64,000 nucleotides of DNA from Mycobacteriales bacterium. Its GTDB lineage: Bacteria; Actinomycetota; Actinomycetes; BP-191. The stretch's first letter is position 1. The number at the start of each line of letters is the position of its first letter. Made by a program: the position numbers and the translations under genes. The DNA lies in assembly GCA_035536235.1 (NCBI GenBank), contig DATLOQ010000119.1:9-64008 (forward strand). The letters are read 5' to 3'. Below are positions 58,461 through 64,000 of the stretch, one piece after another. The notes beneath the pieces were generated by a model. The model made no database searches and had not been told where the DNA came from. It saw only the letters and a list, made by a program, of their open reading frames with translations.

Positions 58461-59741
58461 ATGCGGCTGGACGCGTCAGGAGGACCACCCGTGCGCAGCT
58501 CTGGTCGGCCGCTCATCAGCGCCGAGTCGTTCGAGGCCGTGGTCAGCGGCTATGCCGACCGGGTGCACGACGACGTACGCCGACTCGGAGCAACGCAGGC
58601 CGAGGCCGCCCAGATCGTCGAGATGAGCGCCCTCGACGTCCTCGACTCCGTCCATCGTGGCGAGTGCGCGGAAGTGAGCGCTGTCGTCGGGCAGTGGTTC
58701 AACCAGGCTCGCACGCTCGCCTGCCGCCTCGTCGAGGCCGACGACCAGCAGCGGCCACCTGACCCGGATGCGTCCTCGGAGGCCCCGGAGGGCCTGATCC
58801 GCGACACCGATCTGGACCTGGCCCTGCGACGCGGGCTGGCCGCCATGTCGTCACGGGACCGGGCCGCACTGCTGCTGCGAGACGCCTACGAGCTGCCCGA
58901 AGCCGCCACCGCCACGGCACTCGAGCTCGACATCGCCGCCACCCGCGCCCTCGTCACCCAGGCGCGTCGACACTTCGCTGAGGTCGTCGAGATGCGTACG
59001 CCGGCGGAGGTGCCGCTGCACCTGCGTGGGCTCGCCATCCTCGCGCTCCCGGACGGCGAACGCGACCTCATCCTCGACCGGGTGGCGGCCGCCGCGCAGT
59101 CTCGGCTGCCCTCCGACGGCGACCTGGCCACCCTCGCAGAAGTCGAGGACGACCCGGTATACGGCCCGTCGTGGGTCCTGGTGACCGTGAGCATCATCTG
59201 CGCCCTGCTCTTCGGCGCCTTGACCGGCATCGTGACCGCACCTGCCGGCCCGGGCTCGTTGAGCTCCGGCGGCAGCTTGCCGGAGCCGGTGACCCGATTC
59301 GACGTACGCGCCATCGACCCGGCCTTCCAGACCCCGACCAGCACCCCGGCCGCCACGCCGTCGCCATCCCTTTCGCCGTCAGCGCGCCCGACCCCGAGCC
59401 CGACCCCGAGCCCGACCCCGTCAGTCGCGGAGCCCAGTGCGAGCGCTAGCACTCCGCCGGCGGGTGCGGCGACGATCGCGCTGAGCCCGCAGCGCGGGCC
59501 CGACTGCACCATCGTGCGGGTGGTCGGCCGCAACTTCCCGCCGGGAGCTGCGGCCACCGTGACCTACCTGGACCTCACCGGACGGCCGACGGCCTCTGGC
59601 GGAGAGGGCGCGGTCGGGCCTGATGGCCGCTTCGAGGTGGAGTTCGCCGCCTGCGACCCCAGCCGGCTGCCCGGACCTCACCAGGTCATCGGAGCTGCGG
59701 GTGACCGAGAGGATCGCGCCACCTTCACCGCGACGGCGTGA
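58461..59741 (+). CDS. Sigma-70-like N-terminal region fused to a TM helix, a Pro/Thr/Ser linker and an extracytoplasmic beta-rich domain
   Basis: ORF 58416..59741, start taken at ATG 58461. Region-4-like HTH SSRDRAALLLRDAYELPEAATATALELDIAATRALVTQARRHF. TM helix WVLVTVSIICALLFGALTGIV. Linker PTSTPAATPSPSLSPSARPTPSPTPSPTPS. Domain calls are from pattern only. Confidence 0.5.
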   Translation: MRLDASGGPPVRSSGRPLISAESFEAVVSGYADRVHDDVRRLGATQAEAAQIVEMSALDVLDSVHRGECAEVSAVVGQWFNQARTLACRLVEADDQQRPPDPDASSEAPEGLIRDTDLDLALRRGLAAMSSRDRAALLLRDAYELPEAATATALELDIAATRALVTQARRHFAEVVEMRTPAEVPLHLRGLAILALPDGERDLILDRVAAAAQSRLPSDGDLATLAEVEDDPVYGPSWVLVTVSIICALLFGALTGIVTAPAGPGSLSSGGSLPEPVTRFDVRAIDPAFQTPTSTPAATPSPSLSPSARPTPSPTPSPTPSVAEPSASASTPPAGAATIALSPQRGPDCTIVRVVGRNFPPGAAATVTYLDLTGRPTASGGEGAVGPDGRFEVEFAACDPSRLPGPHQVIGAAGDREDRATFTATA

Positions 59742-59840
59742 CCGCCGCAATGCGTCACCGCGACGGCGTGACCGCCGCACTACGTCACTGCGACGGCGTG
59801 ACCGCCGCACTACGTCACTGCGACGGCGTGACCGCCGCAC
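59731..59840. repeat. 30-bp tandem repeat, about 3.7 copies, between convergent genes
   Basis: CGACGGCGTGACCGCCGCAATGCGTCACCG (59731..59760), then CGACGGCGTGACCGCCGCACTACGTCACTG twice (59761..59820), then the partial copy CGACGGCGTGACCGCCGCAC (59821..59840). Each unit carries GTGAC...GTCAC inverted repeats. Confidence 0.85.
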
Positions 59841-61206
59841 GGCGCTGCTGCAGCATCTCGGCCACGAGGAACGCCAGCTCGAGGCTCTGGCTCGTGTTCA
59901 GCCGCGGGTCGCAGGCCGTCTCGTAGCGGCTGGCCAGCTGGTGCGGCGCCACTTCTTCTGCCCCGCCCAGGCACTCGGTGACGTCTTCTCCGGTGAGCTC
60001 GACATGGATGCCGCCAGGCCAGGTGCCCAGCGCTGCGTGCACCTCGAAGAACCCGCGGCACTCATCGAGGATCGCGTCGAAGTGCCGCGTCTTGAAGGTG
60101 CCGGAGGAATACGTGTTGCCGTGCATCGGGTCACAGGCCCACACCACCGGATGCCCGGCGTCGCGGACCGCAGTGACCAGCGGCGGCAGCAGATCCCGCA
60201 CCCGCTCGGCGCCCATCCGGGAGATGAGCGTCAGCCGACCCGGGATGCGGCTCGGGTTCAGCGCGTCGGCCAGCGCGACAGCCTCCGCGCCGGTCGCCTC
60301 CGGACCGAGCTTGACCCCCAGCGGGTTGATGACGCCGCGCAGCAGGCCGACGTGGGCGCCGTCGATCCGCCGGGTCCGCTCCCCCAACCACAGCATGTGA
60401 CCCGAGCAGTCCACCCAGTCGCCGCTGGCGTCCTCCCGCCGGACCAGCGGCGCTTCGTAGTCGAGCAGCAGCGCCTCGTGCGAGGCGTACAGCTCCACCT
60501 CGTGCGCCATCTCAAAACGATCGAGGTCGATGCCGCAGGCCCGCATGAAGTCGAGTGCCTGCTCGATCGACGATGCCAGTGCCTCATAGCGCTGGCCGGC
60601 CGGACTGCGGCGGACGAAGTCCTGGTTCCACTCGTGCACCTTGCGCAGGTCCGCGAAGCCGCCGGTGGCGAAAGCCCGGACCAGGTTGAGCGTCGCTGCT
60701 GACTGGTGGTAGCTCTGCAGCAGCCGTCTGGGATCAGGCCGGCGCGCGTCTGGAGTGGCGGCGATGTCGTTGACTGCGTCGCCGCGGTAGGAGGGCAGCG
60801 GGACGCCATCGACCGCCTCGACGTCGGAGCTGCGTGGCTTGGCGAACTGCCCAGCGATCCGCCCCACCTTCACGACCGGCACCGCGGCGCCGTACGTCAG
60901 CACGATGGCCATCTGCAGCAGCGTCTTGAGCTTGTCCCTGATGCCATCAGCGGACAGCGCAGCGAACGTCTCGGCGCAGTCGCCGCCCTGCAGCAGGAAC
61001 GCCTCACCCCGGGCCACCGCCGCGAGCCGGCTCTGCAGGGTGCGGCACTCCCCGGCGAAGACGAGGGGCGGCATCCGGCGCAGCTCCGCTGTGGCGGTGC
61101 CGAGCGCGTCGGCGTCAGGCCACTGCGGCTGCTGCGCGGCGGGCAGCGCGCGCCAGGAGTCGTCGTACGTCGCAGTCACGACACTCAGCCTATGGCGGGC
61201 CGTCAC
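59815..61206 (-). CDS. aroG: Class II DAHP synthase
   Basis: 463 aa. LPAAQQPQWPD, GRIAGQFAKPRSS, VVWACDPMHGNT, ELAFLVAEML. The last ~10 codons and the stop lie inside the 30-bp repeat. Confidence 0.85.
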   Translation of the reverse strand: MTARHRLSVVTATYDDSWRALPAAQQPQWPDADALGTATAELRRMPPLVFAGECRTLQSRLAAVARGEAFLLQGGDCAETFAALSADGIRDKLKTLLQMAIVLTYGAAVPVVKVGRIAGQFAKPRSSDVEAVDGVPLPSYRGDAVNDIAATPDARRPDPRRLLQSYHQSAATLNLVRAFATGGFADLRKVHEWNQDFVRRSPAGQRYEALASSIEQALDFMRACGIDLDRFEMAHEVELYASHEALLLDYEAPLVRREDASGDWVDCSGHMLWLGERTRRIDGAHVGLLRGVINPLGVKLGPEATGAEAVALADALNPSRIPGRLTLISRMGAERVRDLLPPLVTAVRDAGHPVVWACDPMHGNTYSSGTFKTRHFDAILDECRGFFEVHAALGTWPGGIHVELTGEDVTECLGGAEEVAPHQLASRYETACDPRLNTSQSLELAFLVAEMLQQRRAAVTPSQ

Positions 61207-61244
61207 CTGTCAGGTGGGGAGCGGCGTGCCCCAACGTGCCGAGC

Positions 61245-62273
61245 TCAGCCGAAGAAGACCTGCGCCTCGGCGTAGAGCTCCGGCGGCACGGTCTTGAGCG
61301 TGCCCACCGCGTCCGCCAGGGGGACCAGCTCGATGGCCGTGCCGCGCAGCGCGGTCATCGTTCCCCACGCCTGCTGCTGCACGGCGTCGATGGCACGCAG
61401 CCCGAACCTCGTGGCCAGCACCCGGTCGTACGCCGTCGGCGTACCGCCGCGCTGGATGTGCCCCAGCACCGTCGCGCGAGCGTCCTTGCCGGTGCGTCCG
61501 CGGATCTCCTCCTCCAGCCGCTGACCGATGCCGGCGAGGCGGACGTGACCGAAGGCGTCCGTCTCGCCCTCCTTCACCGCCATGGTGCCCTCCCGGGGCA
61601 GCGCCCCCTCTGCCACGACGACTATCGGGGCGTAGCGGGTCTGGAAGCGGTGCTCGATGTGCCGGCACACCTCCTCGATGTCGAAGGGCCGTTCTGGGAT
61701 GAGGATCACGTTGGCCCCGCCGGCCAGCCCGCTGTGCAGCGCGATCCACCCCGCGTGGCGGCCCATGACCTCGACGATCAGCACCCGGTGGTGGCTCTCA
61801 GCGGTCGTGTGCAGCCGGTCGATCGCGTCGGTCGCGATCTGCACCGCGGTGTCGAAGCCGAAGGTGTAGTCCGTGGCGTTGAGGTCGTTGTCGATCGTCT
61901 TCGGCACGCCGACGACGTGCACCCCCTCAGCATGCAGCTTGTCGGCCACGCCGAGGGTGTCCTCACCGCCGATCGCGATGAGCGCGTCGATGCCAATCTC
62001 ACTGAGCGTCGTCTTGATGCGCTCGACGCCGCCCTCGACCTTGAACGGGTTGGTTCGCGAGGAGCCGAGGATGGTCCCACCGCGCGGCAGGATGCCGCGT
62101 ACGTCGGGCACGCTGAGCTCGGTGTAGTCAGACTCCAGCGGCCCGCGCCAGCCATCGCGAAAACCGATGAAGTCGTGACCGAAGTCCTGCACGCCCTTGC
62201 GCACGACGGCGCGGATCACCGCGTTGAGGCCAGGGCAATCACCCCCGCCGGTCAAGACACCGATGCGGCTCAT
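61245..62273 (-). CDS. pfkA: 6-phosphofructokinase (ATP versus PPi dependence not decidable here)
   Basis: 342 aa. IGVLTGGGDCPGLNAVIR, IGGEDTLG, VPKTIDNDL, GHIQRGG. GGAGGAAGAGG ribosome-binding site. Confidence 0.85.
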   Translation of the reverse strand: MSRIGVLTGGGDCPGLNAVIRAVVRKGVQDFGHDFIGFRDGWRGPLESDYTELSVPDVRGILPRGGTILGSSRTNPFKVEGGVERIKTTLSEIGIDALIAIGGEDTLGVADKLHAEGVHVVGVPKTIDNDLNATDYTFGFDTAVQIATDAIDRLHTTAESHHRVLIVEVMGRHAGWIALHSGLAGGANVILIPERPFDIEEVCRHIEHRFQTRYAPIVVVAEGALPREGTMAVKEGETDAFGHVRLAGIGQRLEEEIRGRTGKDARATVLGHIQRGGTPTAYDRVLATRFGLRAIDAVQQQAWGTMTALRGTAIELVPLADAVGTLKTVPPELYAEAQVFFG

Positions 62274-62295
62274 GACACCTCTTCCTCCGACGGCT

Positions 62296-62313
62296 CCGTC
62301 GTCTAGACGACGG
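62296..62313. promoter_or_regulatory. Perfect 18-bp palindrome CCGTCGTCTAGACGACGG between the cupredoxin stop and the pfk ribosome-binding site
   Basis: Read directly. 9 plus 9 nt, exact. It lies 7 nt upstream (gene sense) of the pfk Shine-Dalgarno sequence. It could be a terminator or an operator. Confidence 0.4.
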
Positions 62314-62322
62314 CACCGTACG

Positions 62323-62751
62323 TCAGGAGACGGTCAGCGTGCCCTTCATCGTCGACGGGTGGATGGTGCAGACGTAGGTGAAGTCGCCGGCCTTGTCCGG
62401 AGTGAACGAGAACGACTTCGATTCGCCGTCCTTGAGCACCATCGTGTCCTCCGGCTTCACGCCGAAGTCCTGAAACTCGATGTTGTGCGGCACCGATCCG
62501 ACCTGGGTCAGCGTGCCCTCGACCTTCTCGCCGACCTTCGCGGACAGCGAGGCGGGCTCGAAGACGAGTGCCTCGGTGGCTTTGATCGCGAAGGTCGAAC
62601 TCCCCGCCGGCGCGCCGGCGCCCATGTCGTCTGGCTGGCTCGCGGAGCCCGAGCCGGTGCCTTCGGACCCAGCGTCATCCGAGCTGCCGCCACAGGCGAC
62701 AAGAGCAACGAGGGAAAGACTGACGGCGCCGAGGCGCACAAAGCGGGTCAC
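62323..62751 (-). CDS. Cupredoxin (plastocyanin/amicyanin-like) copper lipoprotein
   Basis: 142 aa. Lipobox LVALVACGG. Copper ligands in HNIEF and YVCTIHPSTMKG. AGGAG lies upstream of GTG 62751. Confidence 0.7.
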   Translation of the reverse strand: MTRFVRLGAVSLSLVALVACGGSSDDAGSEGTGSGSASQPDDMGAGAPAGSSTFAIKATEALVFEPASLSAKVGEKVEGTLTQVGSVPHNIEFQDFGVKPEDTMVLKDGESKSFSFTPDKAGDFTYVCTIHPSTMKGTLTVS

Positions 62752-62885
62752 GGGAGAGATCTCCTAAGAGGTGTGTTGTCCGGAGGCGCAAGATGCGTCC
62801 CTCAAGGTTCGATACTGCGCCTACTGCCGGATGTGCCCCGATCGGGCCCACTCAAGCCTGCACCCGAATCCGTCGACGGGACAAG

Positions 62886-64000
62886 GTGACGTCTGTTCGC
62901 CGCCCACTGTGCTCCCTCACGGCTGCCACGGCGGTCCTGGTGCTGACCGCTGGGCTGGCTCCATCGTCCGCTGCTACCGCGGGCCCCACCAACATGGGAC
63001 GCCCGCACTCTCGGCGTACGGCGGCCGGGCTCTCGCGCGCGGCCCCCGGCGCTTCGGCCACCGCTGAGCTGACCCGGCTGCGAGCTGAGCTCGCCGCAGC
63101 AGCGGCCGAGGCCGAGCAGCTGGCAGAGGACGTCTTCGTCGCCGCTGCCCGCTCGGCGCACCTGCGCCGGGCGATGGATGACCTCGCTGAGTCTCAGGAG
63201 GCCGCGCGCGACCATCTCGACGACCGCATCCGGTCTCTCTACATGCGGGGGCGCGCGGACCCGATCGCTGCGTTCATCGGTCGCCTCAACAACCCGGACT
63301 CGAGCTACCTGGCGCGGCGCAGTGGGCTCTCCGCCCTGCGTACCGATGCTGAGCTCGTCGCCGGGGTGACGGCGGAGTCGGCAGCGGCCGCGCACCTGCG
63401 TCGGCAAGCGGAGACGGTGCGGCAGGATCTGCTGGCCCGCGCCCAACCGGTGCTCGCGGCCCAGGACAGAGCCCGGACCCTCCTCGCCGCTGCCGAGGCC
63501 GCTGCCGAGGCCGCTGCGGCTTCTGCTGCTGCCGCTGATGCAGCGGCCGCGGCGGCAGCGAAGGCAGAGCTCGCCGCTCAGCGGACCAGCTTGGACGCGG
63601 TGTCTCGCTCGCTCTCAATGGCAGTGGCGCCAGCGGTCACCGCCCGCGGCCGCCGAGCTGCGGCCGCTGAGCGCCCGGTGGTCGCGCTGATCGAGAAGCA
63701 CTGCTGCGCCGCGCCACCGCCGGGCTTCCGCAGCACCGGCCGCACCATCACCGGCATCGCGTCGTGGTACGGACCGGGCTTCGTCGGCAACCCCACGGCC
63801 ACCGGTGCGCCGTACGACCCAGAGCGGCTGACCGCCGCCATGCTCGCGGTGCCGTTAGGCACCGTCGTGCGGGTCACCACCGACGACGGCCTCGCGGTCG
63901 TCGTCCTGGTCAACGACAGAGGCCCGTACGTCGACGGCCGGGTCATAGATCTCTCCCGCGCGGGGTCGCGCCTGCTCGGCTTCACCGGCGTCAAGAAGGT
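62886..64000 (+). CDS. Secreted coiled-coil protein with a C-terminal RlpA-like double-psi beta-barrel (DPBB) domain; runs off the right edge
   Basis: Not in the ORF track because there is no stop in the window. My translation from GTG 62886: VTSVRRPLCSLTAATAVLVLTAG..., a long Ala/Glu/Arg-rich helical region, then GIASWYGPGFVGNPTATGAPYDPERLTAAM...VVVLVNDRGPYVDGRVIDLS. Confidence 0.7.
   Translation, partial: MTSVRRPLCSLTAATAVLVLTAGLAPSSAATAGPTNMGRPHSRRTAAGLSRAAPGASATAELTRLRAELAAAAAEAEQLAEDVFVAAARSAHLRRAMDDLAESQEAARDHLDDRIRSLYMRGRADPIAAFIGRLNNPDSSYLARRSGLSALRTDAELVAGVTAESAAAAHLRRQAETVRQDLLARAQPVLAAQDRARTLLAAAEAAAEAAAASAAAADAAAAAAAKAELAAQRTSLDAVSRSLSMAVAPAVTARGRRAAAAERPVVALIEKHCCAAPPPGFRSTGRTITGIASWYGPGFVGNPTATGAPYDPERLTAAMLAVPLGTVVRVTTDDGLAVVVLVNDRGPYVDGRVIDLSRAGSRLLGFTGVKK

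Noticed and set aside
59731-59840. Possible CRISPR array (regular 30-bp repeats)
   Set aside because: The repeats are directly contiguous with no spacers, there are only about 3.7 units, and there are no cas genes in the window. It is a simple tandem repeat.
59421-59840. ORF encoding RRSRRRSDVV repeats
   Set aside because: It is a translation artefact of the 30-bp tandem repeat and is antisense to the end of the sigma-like gene.
62808-62830. tRNA-like T-arm (GGTTCGATAC)
   Set aside because: It deviates from GGTTCGAATCC. There is no acceptor or anticodon stem around it, and the intergenic space is too short for a tRNA.
62771-62885. c-di-AMP (ydaO-type) riboswitch upstream of the RlpA-like cell-wall gene
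   Set aside because: Only one block (CACCCGAAUCCGUC) resembles the conserved 3' part of the motif as I remember it. The expected CAGCUAAC, GGGGA-CCCA and GGUGAAUC blocks are missing. An Rfam/Infernal scan would settle it.
1-64000. Search for transposases, integrases, phage genes, cas genes, restriction-modification systems, retron or reverse-transcriptase genes, rRNA and tRNA
   Set aside because: None was recognised in any frame of the ORF track or in the intergenic DNA. Apart from the AbiEi/DUF559 and HEPN genes, nothing resembles a known defence or mobile module. This is a by-eye survey, not a profile search.

Overview
Very GC-rich (about 70% by eye, not computed), gene-dense chromosomal segment of an Actinomycetota genome, possibly a Nocardioides-like organism (guess only). 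All calls come from reading the ORF-track proteins and the DNA and recognising families from memory. No database search was run.

I support about 60 protein genes, one TPP riboswitch, several hairpins and repeats, and no rRNA, tRNA, CRISPR array, transposase, integrase or phage genes.

Gene content, left to right:
- Coproporphyrin-dependent heme locus: hemQ (cut by the left edge), hemY, hemH, hemE, interrupted by a peptidase, a UbiA prenyltransferase and a DMT permease.
- DUF3000 and RNase D, a two-component system with an extra GAF membrane protein, and fadA-fadB.
- M64 peptidase and a solitary HEPN gene.
- A carotenoid pathway split into three blocks: a CrtA-like/CrtO-like/CruF-like/GT2/CrtD-like block; idsA, crtI and crtB; and crtYc-crtYd-GT2. 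Three (L/M)PATG surface hydrolases, metF and an AbiEi/DUF559 gene are interleaved.
- A TPP-riboswitch thiamine operon (thiG-thiH-[Rv2175c-like]-thiS-thiE).
- A cell-wall and signalling group (LysM-SLT, PASTA kinase, RlpA-like), nfo, two DAHP synthases of different classes, pfk and a cupredoxin.

The backbone matches what I recall of two M. tuberculosis neighbourhoods: hemE-hemY-hemQ / Rv2680-Rv2681, and metF-idsA2-Rv2175c-pknL-aroG. The carotenoid, thiamine and surface-protein genes look like insertions into that backbone.

Most interesting observations:
1. A perfect TCGAAC-N4-GTTCGA SOS box sits on a promoter that points into a stand-alone SAV_6107-type HEPN gene with its own long leader and terminator.
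2. An AbiEi/DUF559 gene is bracketed by two mutually inverted ~84-bp elements, exactly between crtI and crtB.
3. A ~70-bp composite intergenic element occurs twice, 51 kb apart and in opposite orientation.
4. A three-arm alternative-hairpin structure lies between hemE and hemH.
5. A 30-bp tandem repeat supplies the stop codons of two convergent genes.
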